Shown here one piece after another: positions 18,951 to 28,296 of a stretch of DNA of 64,000 nt. The first letter of the stretch is position 1, and every line of letters begins with the position of its first letter. The notes under the pieces are model-generated. The model saw only the letters and a list, made by a program, of their open reading frames with translations, was not told the DNA's origin and ran no database searches. The stretch covers positions 30,207 through 94,206 of the forward strand of contig BTVY01000031.1 of assembly GCA_045863335.1 (NCBI GenBank), read 5' to 3'. This DNA comes from Candidatus Hydrogenedentota bacterium. Lineage in GTDB: Bacteria > Hydrogenedentota > Hydrogenedentia > Hydrogenedentales > SLHB01. The position numbers and the translations under genes are program-made.

Positions 18951-19637
18951 ATGGGGAATGGGGAGCGAACCTACCGGATTCGCCGGGCCATGGCGCGGCC
19001 CGGTCTGGACGGCGACTGGGACAGCGAGGTCTGGTCGCACGCGGACACGGCGCACATCAACCTATTCCGGCCGGAAGGCAGCAATCATCACCCCGATACC
19101 CGGGTCAAGCTGCTCTACGACGACGAAGGCCTCTATCTGATTTTCCGCGTATACGACCAATTCGTGCAATGCCTCGCCACCGAATATCAAGGGCACGTCT
19201 ACGAAGACGCCTGCGTCGAGTTCTTCGTCCAACCCCGGCGCGACGCCGGATACTTCAACTTCGAAATGAACTGCGGCGGGGTACTGCTGCTTAAGTACAT
19301 CGAGGACGCCCGGCGCACCGAGACCGGCTTCGAGAAGTTCGTTAATGTGCCATCCGAATTAGGTTCCGAAGTCGTCGCCTTTCATTCCCTGAACGCCCCG
19401 ATCGAGGAAGAGATCGTAGACCCCGTCGAATGGCGCGTCGAGTACTCCATCCCCTTCAGCCTTTTCGAGCATTACGTCGGCCCCTTGGGAAACGTTTCCG
19501 GCCAGACCTGGCGCGGCAACTTCTACAAATGCGCCGACGGCAGTTCCCATCCCCACTGGGCCTCCTGGGCCCCCATAGGCCGCGAACTCAACTTCCATGT
19601 CCCGGAGCATTTCGCCACGCTTCGCTTCGACCCGTAA
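18951..19637 (+). CDS. Carbohydrate-binding family 9-like (DOMON-like) protein
   Basis: LDGDWDSEVW, TRVKLLYDDEGLY, VYEDACVEFF, YFNFEMN, WRGNFYKC and FHVPEHF. Confidence 0.82.
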   Translation: MGNGERTYRIRRAMARPGLDGDWDSEVWSHADTAHINLFRPEGSNHHPDTRVKLLYDDEGLYLIFRVYDQFVQCLATEYQGHVYEDACVEFFVQPRRDAGYFNFEMNCGGVLLLKYIEDARRTETGFEKFVNVPSELGSEVVAFHSLNAPIEEEIVDPVEWRVEYSIPFSLFEHYVGPLGNVSGQTWRGNFYKCADGSSHPHWASWAPIGRELNFHVPEHFATLRFDP

Positions 19638-19764
19638 CGCGCCGCAGAGAAAGGGAACAGCCACGCGCCTCGGCATCGCTATTTCCTGAGTTTCTGCAAT
19701 CGGTTCGTTTTTCATGACCCCGAAAGGGTGTAACAGGACAGCCCAGCGCGGCACAGCCGCAACC

Positions 19765-19814
19765 AAATTCGAATCTCGAAGCACGAAATCGGAAACAAAT
19801 TCAAATGACCGAAA
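19765..19814 (-). repeat. About 50-bp dispersed repeat, copy 2, adjoining the palindromic GCGCGGCACAGCCGCAACCAAA motif
   Basis: The reverse complement TTTCGGTCATTTGAATTTGTTTCCGATTTCGTGCTTCGAGATTCGAATTT matches the copies at 17485 and 24286. Confidence 0.78.
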
Positions 19815-19882
19815 TCCGAATGAGGAAAACACTTCAGCCGGGTCGAGGACAACAACGGCCAACACGAGGACGGGTGCCACGG

Positions 19883-19946
19883 TAGCCCCGGATGGGGCGA
19901 CTCGAATGTAGCCCAAGGTGGAGCGAGGCACGAGCGGAACCTTGGG
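19883..19946 (+). repeat. REP-like palindromic element, shared with 63944-64000
   Basis: TAGCCCCGGA(T)GGGGCG...TGTAGCCCA(A/G)GGTGGAGCGAGGCACGAGCGGAACC; the 35-nt core differs at one position between the copies. Confidence 0.82.
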
Positions 19947-20066
19947 TCACCCGGCCCCCCCCCACCATACAGCCCCCGAATGGGGGCGGCAGGGCTGGCG
20001 CGCAAGTCTGCGGTCTGCCGACCTTCGCGACCAATTGCGGATGGGGATGCCCTGTATCGGCGATAT

Positions 20067-20105
20067 AGAAAAACGAGTCAGCCACGCTCTCGGTGTGGCT
20101 GACTC
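20067..20105 (-). terminator. Terminator downstream of the DUF4349 gene
   Basis: Inverted repeat GAGTCAGCCAC / GTGGCTGACTC with GTTTTTCT following on the minus strand. Confidence 0.7.
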
Positions 20106-20139
20106 TCCATGTACTAGGCTCCTTCATCGTCCGATCGGT

Positions 20140-21069
20140 CTACGACGCCGCCTGCTGCTTCCGCCAACGGCGATAGCCGAAGTACGCCGCCAGCACCGGC
20201 AGCAACCATACCGGGCTCCAGACCAGGATCCAGATCACCTTCGTCCAGATGGCCTGCCCGAATCCGACCAGGGACCGAATCGCTTCGGAGAACACTTTGC
20301 CCGTGCTGAAGGATTGGGCCGGCACGACCGGCTCGGATTTCGCCGCTTCCTGCAAGGTGATTGAAATGGTCGAATAGGCGACCCGGTCGGCCAGGAACCG
20401 CAGTTGCCCTTCCAGCCGCTCGATCTCCTCGCGGATACGCGTCAGCTCCTGCTCGACGCGCAGCACTTCTTCCAGCACGCCCGCCCGGCTGAGGTGGTCG
20501 AGCAGGCGCTCTTCCGTCCGCTTCAGATTCCGCGAACGCGCCTCCGTGTCCACGTACTGCTCGGTCACGTCCTGCGTGTTGACCTGTTTGTTCAACACCT
20601 TGCCCAGCGTCTCCACCTGCATCATGGATTGATCGAAACGATCCGACGGAATCCGAACCTGCATGATTACCGTGCGCTTGCCATACGCGTTCACCGACTC
20701 CCGCAGATCCGACACGTAACCATCCACTTGCGCCAACGCCGCCGTGAGCTGTTCCGTCGCCGCGCGAGCGTCCTCCGTCTCGATGACGACCGTCGCGTTT
20801 TTGATGAGATAGCGGTCCGGTTTGCTCCGCGCCAGCACGTCCAGCCCGCCAACCCCCGAGGCATCCCCAGCCGCCGCCGCCTCGTCCGAAGCGCCCATCG
20901 CACCTGCCTCCTGCTGCTTTCCGGCAACGTTACGCCCCCGCATCTCCAGTTCGGCCATTGCTGCAGGAGCTTCAGATGCGTACGTGTCCGCCGCTTCCCG
21001 GTACCCTTTACCGCACGCGCCCACGACCAGCGCACATAGGCCGATTGCCACAAGTAGCTTCGTTTTCAT
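20140..21069 (-). CDS. DUF4349-domain lipoprotein
   Basis: Lipobox LVVGAC, RYLIKNATVVIE, VRIPSDRFD, QDVTEQYVD..AR, IERLEGQLRFL..RVAYSTISI and a C-terminal TM helix. Confidence 0.88.
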   Translation of the reverse strand: MKTKLLVAIGLCALVVGACGKGYREAADTYASEAPAAMAELEMRGRNVAGKQQEAGAMGASDEAAAAGDASGVGGLDVLARSKPDRYLIKNATVVIETEDARAATEQLTAALAQVDGYVSDLRESVNAYGKRTVIMQVRIPSDRFDQSMMQVETLGKVLNKQVNTQDVTEQYVDTEARSRNLKRTEERLLDHLSRAGVLEEVLRVEQELTRIREEIERLEGQLRFLADRVAYSTISITLQEAAKSEPVVPAQSFSTGKVFSEAIRSLVGFGQAIWTKVIWILVWSPVWLLPVLAAYFGYRRWRKQQAAS

Positions 21070-21205
21070 AGCTGATTCCTTCCCATCCGCCCAAAGGCGT
21101 TCCGGTGTATCTGCTGCCTTGGACACCGGCAAGTAGAGAAGGTTCGAGAAGTGGAAGGTCGGCGTATGGACCGAGGTGGGGGAGAAGTCGCGCCGTGAAA
21201 CTTGG

Positions 21206-21652
21206 TTAGTTCGTGAAACCCCCTCCTGGTTCTGCCACCGGTTCGGATCGGTGGCCCTCAATTGCGTCGAGTATATCGGTAAACGATCCAAATCTCTTTG
21301 GTCCATTCTTGGGAAAAGTCACTCGACGGACACCAGCCGAGCCCTTAACTATGACCCGAACGTACCGATCGGTATCGCGATCGACTTCGCACCCGTACTC
21401 GTTGAGCTTTGCCCACAAGACCGCCGTACGGACTCGCCATTTTCCTTTTGGGCGATTCGTGCGGGGGGATGATGAAAAGAAACGAATCCGCTGAGGTAGT
21501 TCGTCTTCCTCGAAATGGCACTGGACGGCTTCACCGACTTCTTCGTACAGTTCGTCCAGGCTGGAAGCCTCGGCGAAAATATCAATGCCAAAGGCCCTTG
21601 CCAGATAGCTCCGATTCGAAACTTTCTCAATATCGAACAGGATTTCTCTCAT
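21206..21652 (-). CDS. HicB-like antitoxin domain fused to a degenerate HicA-like domain
   Basis: N-half EILFDIE...YLARAFGIDIFAEASSLDELYEEVGEAVQCHF (HicB-type fold); C-half LWAKLNEYGCEVDRDTDRYVRV...RRVTFPKNGPKRFGSFTDILDAI (HicA-like pattern). Confidence 0.6.
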   Translation of the reverse strand: MREILFDIEKVSNRSYLARAFGIDIFAEASSLDELYEEVGEAVQCHFEEDELPQRIRFFSSSPRTNRPKGKWRVRTAVLWAKLNEYGCEVDRDTDRYVRVIVKGSAGVRRVTFPKNGPKRFGSFTDILDAIEGHRSEPVAEPGGGFTN

Positions 21653-21690
21653 CGCGGTTCCCCGTCGCGACTAAACTCGAAACGTCAGCA

Positions 21691-23256
21691 CTATGCGCCT
21701 TTGAGTGCCCGTTTGTCGATCTTGCCTGTCGGCAACATGGGCAGGTTCGAACTCACCTCAAAGCGCTTGGGCACTTTGTAGTTCGCGAGGCGTTCGCGGC
21801 AGTGGGCGGCGAGGGCGGCGGCATCGATTTCGCGGCCTGGGTAGGGCATGACATAGGCGTGGCCGACTTCCTGGAACGTCGGGTCGGGCGCGGCGATGAC
21901 GGCCGCCATCAGCACGCCGGGATAAGATTCGATCGCATCCTCGATCTCGCGGGGATAGACGTTCTCTCCTCCGCTGATGAACATCTCGGACTTGCGCCCC
22001 GCGATGTGGATGTAGCCGTCCGCATCCATGGACGCCAGATCGCCGGAGTAGTACCAACCCTCCGCGTCCATCACCTCCGCCGTCAAGTCGGGCCGGTTGT
22101 AGTAGCCCTTCATGAGGAAGGGTCCGCGCACGGCGATCTCGCCAATCTTGCCCGACGGCAAGGGCTGCCGGTGGTCATCGACGATCCGGAGTTCAAACTC
22201 CGGCGCGCACTTGCCCGCGCTGTGTAGCAGCCGTTCCTTGCTGTCGCCGGGGATGGTATAGGTGACGAACCCGCACATCTCCGTCGTGCCATAGCCGGTC
22301 AACACGTTCGCGCCCGCTTTCTCGGCGATAGCGGTCAACACATCAACCACCAACGCCGGGGCCGCGGAACCGGACCAGATGAACGCGGTCACATGGCTCC
22401 AGTCCGTTTCAGGAAACGTGGGCACCCCGAACTCCATCAGGAACATGGCGGGGACTTGCCCGAAGACGTGGACCCGCTCGCGCGCGACGGTTTCCAACGT
22501 CGCCGCCGGGTCGAAACGTTCCATCATCACGCAAGTTCCGCCCGCGTACACGCAGGCATACCCGATCTCCACATCCGCGGCCACGTGATTGATGGGGAAG
22601 TGGAGCAATCCCCGCACGCCTTCACCCATGCCGAACGCGCGTGCTTGCACGGCCAGATTCGCCAGAATACTGGCATGGGTATGGACGACCCCCTTTGGCT
22701 TTCCCGTCGAACCGGACGTGTACATGAGCAGCGCTTCGTCCTCGGGCGCGACCTCTTCGGCGCGCTTCGTTAGCGCCTCATTGAACTCTGGTCGCGGCTT
22801 CATGACGTACGACTCGAACGATTCCGTGCCCTCGACGGGATCGCCGATGACGAGGATCTTTTTGAGAAAAGAAAACTCACGTGCCAGGGCAGTCAAATCT
22901 TCGCCGAAGTCACGGTCGAGATAGGAACGGACCGCCACCAGCACCGTGGGTTTACAGTCCGCGATGATGAAGCGAAGCTCGTCCAGCCGGAACTTGGGCG
23001 ACAAGCCAAACCACATGGCGCCCACCTTGTTCGCGGCCATGTACGTGGTCAGGAACTCCGGTCGCGCCATGGACAGCAGTCCAACTCGGTCTCCCTTCTC
23101 CACGCCTGCTTCGAGAAAGGCCTTCGCGACCAGGTCCATCTGATCCCTGAGCCAGCCGTAGTCGCGCCGTTCACCGCCGAAGGCAATGGCCTCCCGGTAT
23201 GGGCAACGTTCCGCCCAGTGCTCCACGTAGTGCCACGTGAGGGATGAATCCGGCAC
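21691..23256 (-). CDS. Acyl-CoA ligase / class I adenylate-forming enzyme
   Basis: MYTSGSTGKPKGV, GYGTTE, YYSGDLA, GRKSEMFISGGENVYPREIE and PTGKIDK. Confidence 0.93.
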   Translation of the reverse strand: MPDSSLTWHYVEHWAERCPYREAIAFGGERRDYGWLRDQMDLVAKAFLEAGVEKGDRVGLLSMARPEFLTTYMAANKVGAMWFGLSPKFRLDELRFIIADCKPTVLVAVRSYLDRDFGEDLTALAREFSFLKKILVIGDPVEGTESFESYVMKPRPEFNEALTKRAEEVAPEDEALLMYTSGSTGKPKGVVHTHASILANLAVQARAFGMGEGVRGLLHFPINHVAADVEIGYACVYAGGTCVMMERFDPAATLETVARERVHVFGQVPAMFLMEFGVPTFPETDWSHVTAFIWSGSAAPALVVDVLTAIAEKAGANVLTGYGTTEMCGFVTYTIPGDSKERLLHSAGKCAPEFELRIVDDHRQPLPSGKIGEIAVRGPFLMKGYYNRPDLTAEVMDAEGWYYSGDLASMDADGYIHIAGRKSEMFISGGENVYPREIEDAIESYPGVLMAAVIAAPDPTFQEVGHAYVMPYPGREIDAAALAAHCRERLANYKVPKRFEVSSNLPMLPTGKIDKRALKGA

Positions 23257-23259
23257 GAC

Positions 23260-24147
23260 TCAGCTCCCGTCCTTGCGCAGTTCGACGTACCCATCGCTGA
23301 TCGCGTTTTTGCCGTCGGCATTTTCGATTTCGAAGAAGGCCTGATCCATGGCGTCGTTCTCGATTTTGCCAAGCAGACGCAACGTGATATTCGTATCCGG
23401 CTTGACCATCCCCGAGAACCGGCAACTGACCCGCTTCAACCGTCGCGGGTCCCCGCCGGCTTCGCGATTGACGATATCGCGCAAGGCCCAGGACAACGTG
23501 CAGGTTCCATGCACGATGGTGCCGGGCAGTCCGACAAACTTCGCGAACTTGGTTGATGTGTGAATGGGGTTGAAGATATCCGCGCACCCGTCGTACACAT
23601 GCGCTGCCAGTGGATGAACGTGCAGATTCTCTTCCCACAACGGCGGCCCGTTGCTGTCCAGCTTCGGAACTTCAGGAACATTCTCCGCGCCCGCTCCCTT
23701 GTCCGTGCACTTCACACCGCGCAACAGGGACCCCGCGTATTCGGTAAACACCGGCTCGCCGCTGGAGTCCGTCGCGCGACAGCGTATCGTGAGAAACGTC
23801 CCCGCGCGATGGGGCATGACCGACGCGAGATCCGCCACGATGGTCAGCCTGTCTCCGGGCCGCATGACGCGATGAAACTCGATGGTCTCCGTGTAATGCA
23901 CTTGCCGGACCAGCAACTCCAACGGAAACTTGTCCGCGTCCCAATACTGGTCCGCATCTTTTCCAAACGGCCACGTCAGCGCCACGCTCAGCATGGGCGG
24001 CGCGATGATGCCTTCCTCGCGTTCATCGTGAAAATACCAGGGGTTGTTGTCGTCCACGCCCGCGGCGAAGTTCATCGCGTGCCGCCAGGTGATTTCCTGT
24101 TCAAGTGGACGGGACACACTTCCCGTGTATGAAGACGTAACTTTCAT
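23260..24147 (-). CDS. MaoC-type double hot-dog (R)-enoyl-CoA hydratase/dehydratase
   Basis: FAAGVDDNNPWY, IAPPM, and the hydratase-2 motif DIFNPIH...LPGTIVHG...RF.GMVKP. Confidence 0.85.
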   Translation of the reverse strand: MKVTSSYTGSVSRPLEQEITWRHAMNFAAGVDDNNPWYFHDEREEGIIAPPMLSVALTWPFGKDADQYWDADKFPLELLVRQVHYTETIEFHRVMRPGDRLTIVADLASVMPHRAGTFLTIRCRATDSSGEPVFTEYAGSLLRGVKCTDKGAGAENVPEVPKLDSNGPPLWEENLHVHPLAAHVYDGCADIFNPIHTSTKFAKFVGLPGTIVHGTCTLSWALRDIVNREAGGDPRRLKRVSCRFSGMVKPDTNITLRLLGKIENDAMDQAFFEIENADGKNAISDGYVELRKDGS

Positions 24148-24285
24148 TGGTAGACTCCGTTTGCACCGGGTACAGCGAGGGGAACGGTACCATGTTTTCG
24201 CGCCGTTTTCGAGTCTAAATCACGGGGAAACAACCCGCCAGGCACCCTCGCGCGGAAGACCAAAACGCAAGCAATTCCTTTCAGG

Positions 24286-24335
24286 TTTTGGTCATTCGAG
24301 TTTATTTCGGATTTCGTGCTTCGAATTTCGGATTT
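24286..24335 (+). repeat. About 50-bp dispersed repeat, copy 3
   Basis: TTTTGGTCATTCGAGTTTATTTCGGATTTCGTGCTTCGAATTTCGGATTT. Confidence 0.78.
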
Positions 24336-24354
24336 GGCTGCCCGTGCGTGGCGA

Positions 24355-25242
24355 TCAGACGCAACTGTCGAGATACTTGAGGATGATCCGGTCGCGCCAC
24401 CGATCCGGCAGGTAGGTCAACAGGCACTGTATCTTGGCGTCGCGTCCCACGACGTATCGCGTGCGCGGCCGCGGCGAACAGAACGCGTGCTCGACCACGC
24501 GCGAAACCTCGTCGACCGGTAGCGCCTTGCCCGCACTCAACAGAGCTGCCTTTTTTGCCTTCTTGATGAGCGTCCCGTAATACTCGCGCGTCTGCGGCGG
24601 AAGCTTCGCAATGCGTTCCTCCGCCGCACCCAATGACTTCTCCCAGATGGGCGTATGGATGGCGCCCGGTTCAATAATGACGACCTCGATCCCCCATGAT
24701 CGCAATTCCATCCGCAGCGAGTCGGTCAGCGCTTCCATCGCGAACTTCGACGCGCTGTACGGTCCGCCCATGGCCATGGACATGCGGCCCGCAATCGAAC
24801 CGATGTTGACGATTCTTCCCTGCGCCTTGCGGATGAGCGGGAGAAAGGCTTGCGTCACCGCGATCTGCCCGACAACATTGATTTCCAGTTGACGGCGGAG
24901 ATCCTCGATAGGCAGGAACTCCAATGGGCCGTTGATGCTAACGCCCGCGTTGTTCAGCAACCCGTTAAGGCCGCAGTCCCCGGCTTCATCCGTCACGCGA
25001 TCGGCCGCACGGGCGATTTGTTCCGCGTTCGTTACGTCAACGAGCAGCGAAGAAATCTGCCCCGGCCGCTGCGATTCCAGTGCCGCGCCGTCGGCCTCCT
25101 TGCGCACCCCCGCGAATACATGAAAGCCGCGGTCCGCAAGCCGTAACGCCGCCGCGTAACCGATGCCAGTCGACGCACCCGTGACAACGATGTAGCGCTT
25201 TGGGGATTCGGCCATTGCAGTCGCCCTTTCATCCAGTCCCAC
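24355..25242 (-). CDS. Short-chain dehydrogenase/reductase
   Basis: VTGASTGIG, LLNNAG, NIGS, YSASK and IEPG. The start may be the downstream ATG (MAESPK). Confidence 0.92.
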   Translation of the reverse strand: MGLDERATAMAESPKRYIVVTGASTGIGYAAALRLADRGFHVFAGVRKEADGAALESQRPGQISSLLVDVTNAEQIARAADRVTDEAGDCGLNGLLNNAGVSINGPLEFLPIEDLRRQLEINVVGQIAVTQAFLPLIRKAQGRIVNIGSIAGRMSMAMGGPYSASKFAMEALTDSLRMELRSWGIEVVIIEPGAIHTPIWEKSLGAAEERIAKLPPQTREYYGTLIKKAKKAALLSAGKALPVDEVSRVVEHAFCSPRPRTRYVVGRDAKIQCLLTYLPDRWRDRIILKYLDSCV

Positions 25243-25306
25243 CGATGGGGCATCATTCTAACAACCTTGCTCGCACGGCGCGAACCCCAGGAGACGTCCT
25301 ATACCA

Positions 25307-26170
25307 ATGGCTGTCGTTCGCAAAACTACCTTGGTTTCCGGTTGTAATCTCCACGATCGGCTGGAAGCGCTCTACGGTCGGCTCAATCGGCCGGAGTACA
25401 TCTCACCCGATCCCTTGCAGTTCCTCAGCGGTTACCCCGAAGCCGCGGACCGCGAAGTCGTCGGCATGATAGCGTCTTGCCTGGCCTTCGGCAACGTCCG
25501 CCAGATTCTTCGCAGCGTTGCCAGCGTGCTCGATCGAATGCCCGCACCTGCTGAATTTTTGGACATCGCCACGCGGCGGAAACTCGAGCGAACCTTCGCC
25601 GGATTCCGGCATCGCTACGTCGCGGATGCAGAGCTTGTCGATCTGCTCCTGGGAATTAAGCAATGCCGGGAAACTCACGGAAGCTTGGAGGCGCTATTCC
25701 TCACCGGGGACCACGCGGAACACGAAACGGTTCTGCCGGCGTTGGAGCGGTTTGTCCATGAGTTGGCGTCGTTCAGCCGTTTACCCGCCAACTACCTTCT
25801 GCCCGATCCCCGGCGCGGCAGCGCCTGCAAGCGGCTCCACTTGTTCCTCCGCTGGATGATTCGTAAGGATTCCGTCGACCCCGGCGGCTGGGAACACATC
25901 AGCGCCGCCCGCCTCATCGTACCGCTGGACACGCACATGCACCGGATTTCACGTGCGCTGGGGCTGACCCGCCGCAACGCGGCGGATATGCGGACTGCCC
26001 TGGAGGTGACGGAAGCGTTTCGTGCTGTCGTCCCAGAGGATCCCGTCCGGTATGACTTCGCCTTGACAAGGCTGGGCATCCGAGGGGATACTATGGGCAC
26101 TGAATTCCTTCGGGAACTCGGCCAACCAATCCGATCGGCCGGCATCCCGAAGGCCCCTTCAAGCACTTGA
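25307..26170 (+). CDS. TIGR02757 / DUF2400 family protein (HhH-GPD-like)
   Basis: PDPLQF, LAFGNV.QI, SACKRLHLFLRWMIR, PLDTH and DPVRYDFAL. Confidence 0.88.
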   Translation: MAVVRKTTLVSGCNLHDRLEALYGRLNRPEYISPDPLQFLSGYPEAADREVVGMIASCLAFGNVRQILRSVASVLDRMPAPAEFLDIATRRKLERTFAGFRHRYVADAELVDLLLGIKQCRETHGSLEALFLTGDHAEHETVLPALERFVHELASFSRLPANYLLPDPRRGSACKRLHLFLRWMIRKDSVDPGGWEHISAARLIVPLDTHMHRISRALGLTRRNAADMRTALEVTEAFRAVVPEDPVRYDFALTRLGIRGDTMGTEFLRELGQPIRSAGIPKAPSST

Positions 26171-26351
26171 AGGGGCGGCGCGAAACGACCTCCGCGTAGC
26201 GCCGCGATCATGGGGGATCCTTCCCGTTCAAGCAGGCAAATTTCGTCCTGCGGTGCAGGTACTCGGTCCGCGAGTTCCCACTGAACCAGGGAAACCCATT
26301 AAACAAATGTGCAAGGAAAGTAATATCAATCGGCAGTAAGGAGAAACAGCT

Positions 26352-26954
26352 ATGCCTACCTTGGTGACAAAACCGGCGCCGGATTTCAAGTCGCAGACGG
26401 TCATGCCGGACAACTCGTTCGCGGAAAAGTCCCTCACGGAACTGCGCGGTGGAAAGTATGCCGTCGTGTTCTTCTATCCCTTGGACTTCACGTTCGTGTG
26501 CCCGTCGGAGATCATCGCCTTTGACAAGAAGCTCGGCGAGTTCAAGAAGCGCAACTGCGAAGTCATCGGAGTTTCCGTAGACTCGCACTTCACCCACCTT
26601 GCTTGGAAGAATACGCCCGTCAACAAGGGCGGAATCGGAAATATCCAGTACCCGCTGGTCGCCGACCTGACCAAGAAGATCGCGGAACAGTACGGCGTGT
26701 TGCTTACCGACGCGGGCGTTGCGTTGCGAGGCCTGTTCCTCATCGACCGGGACGGCGTCGTTCGCCATGCGCTCATCAATGACCTTCCGCTGGGCCGCAA
26801 CGTCGACGAGGCCCTTCGTCTGCTCGATGCCCTTCAGTTCCACGAAAAGCACGGCGAAGTCTGCCCGGCGAATTGGAAGCAAGGGGAAGATGGCATGCTG
26901 GCGACCGCAGACGGCGTCGCTGCGTATCTGACCAAACACGCGTCTGCCAACTAA
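26352..26954 (+). CDS. ahpC: 2-Cys peroxiredoxin (AhpC/TSA)
   Basis: [35 protein letters not shown] and GEVCPANW; SD AAGGAG. Confidence 0.95.
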   Translation: MPTLVTKPAPDFKSQTVMPDNSFAEKSLTELRGGKYAVVFFYPLDFTFVCPSEIIAFDKKLGEFKKRNCEVIGVSVDSHFTHLAWKNTPVNKGGIGNIQYPLVADLTKKIAEQYGVLLTDAGVALRGLFLIDRDGVVRHALINDLPLGRNVDEALRLLDALQFHEKHGEVCPANWKQGEDGMLATADGVAAYLTKHASAN

Positions 26955-26983
26955 CCGCAACTGCAAGCGGACCAGTCGATATC

Positions 26984-27017
26984 AGGGCGTTGGAACAATA
27001 GTTCCAACGCCCTTTTT
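26984..27017 (+). terminator. Rho-independent terminator after ahpC
   Basis: AGGGCGTTGGAAC-AATA-GTTCCAACGCCCT (perfect 13-bp stem) followed by TTTT. Confidence 0.88.
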
Positions 27018-27031
27018 GCGCGTGGAATCCG

Positions 27032-28138
27032 CTAATCGGAGTCGACAAGGGCGGGCCGGTCGGAGGTGCTGGTCTCCGTCAACTCCTCCGCCTCTTCTAC
27101 CGCGCTGCCGCTCAGCTCGCCAAAGCCAAATCCCTCCCGGTACAGCGAGTACAGCCCCAGGATGAGGATGGGAATCATGTTGGAGACGTGGGCCACGATG
27201 GCCAGGGCTACCGCGTCGGGAAGTGTCACATTCGGCACCGTCATGAGCAGCCCGCCGACGATGGGGATATGGAACTGGCCCAGCATGCCCGGGACGCCCG
27301 GCGCGCTCACGAAGAACGCCAACACCGTTTGCACGACGAACGGCGCGTACCAGGGCCAGTCCATCTCAAAGGCTTCCATGAGAAAGGTGTAGCTGAGAAG
27401 AAAAGCGGTCCAGGTCAGCGCCGTAAATGACAGCGATTTGATCATGTCGCCTACCGATCGAAAGACATGGAGCCCGTCCGCAAACTGTTGAAATAGATGG
27501 CAGGCCCAATCGGCAAGCCTCTTTGACACCAGACCCAGCACGGATCCGGTCAGTCGAAGCACCAGTTCCTGCTTCCAATACAAGACAACCAGCGTCACCA
27601 GGATCGCGAAGAGCATTACCGTCGTGCCCTCGCCTCCCGCGACCACCAGTGTTTTCGGGATGGTTGGCGGATTCTCGATACCGAAGATTCCGGAGGGCAG
27701 CACGATATCGCTCTCGGGGCGATACGCGATTACCGCAACCAGCATCACGGCCATCAGCCCGATCAGGTCGGTGACCCGGTCCAGCGCGCATACGGCGAGG
27801 CCTTTGGAGAAGGACATCTTGCTCAACCGGGCCAGGACCAGCGGACGCACGAACTCACCGAGCCGAAGCCCGATTGTGAAGTTGACCAGGAATGCGAGTT
27901 GGGTGGCGCTGAACATGCTCCGAAATGTGGCCGGATGGACGGCGCGCACGATGTACTTCCAACGGACGATGCGAATCCAGAAACTGGCCCAAATGGGAAT
28001 CTGCGCCGCCAGCAGCCAGCCCCAGTGCATTTTGGTGAGGGAAGCGTACAGCTCCCGCCACTCGACACCCCGGAAAAGCAGCCAAGTGAGCAATGCGGCA
28101 ACCGCGATTCCGGCAAGGATTTGGATGATGCGTTTCAT
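27032..28138 (-). CDS. Lysylphosphatidylglycerol synthase TM-domain (UPF0104, flippase-like) protein
   Basis: Multiple TM helices, R..RW, N...LRLGEFVR, DRVTD and P.VPGMLG. Confidence 0.85.
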   Translation of the reverse strand: MKRIIQILAGIAVAALLTWLLFRGVEWRELYASLTKMHWGWLLAAQIPIWASFWIRIVRWKYIVRAVHPATFRSMFSATQLAFLVNFTIGLRLGEFVRPLVLARLSKMSFSKGLAVCALDRVTDLIGLMAVMLVAVIAYRPESDIVLPSGIFGIENPPTIPKTLVVAGGEGTTVMLFAILVTLVVLYWKQELVLRLTGSVLGLVSKRLADWACHLFQQFADGLHVFRSVGDMIKSLSFTALTWTAFLLSYTFLMEAFEMDWPWYAPFVVQTVLAFFVSAPGVPGMLGQFHIPIVGGLLMTVPNVTLPDAVALAIVAHVSNMIPILILGLYSLYREGFGFGELSGSAVEEAEELTETSTSDRPALVDSD

Positions 28139-28296
28139 ATCGTTCCAGACTTTCAAGTGAACCGCGAACTATAGCATACGTCAACCCCCGGTTCACCCGG
28201 ACTGGGCCTCTCGAAACGCCGCACTAAACCATTGACCGCCCCCGCGCATCCCACAGGACGAGAAGGGGCAAGCCCGCCTCGGGGTCTTGAGGGGTA

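Noticed and set aside
20140-21306. 388-aa version of the DUF4349 ORF
   Set aside because: The extension overlaps the HicB-HicA-like gene; the lipoprotein signal begins at ATG 21069.
26171-26351. Peroxide-regulator operator upstream of ahpC
   Set aside because: The region is AT-rich but no clear PerR/Fur/OxyR-type dyad could be read.
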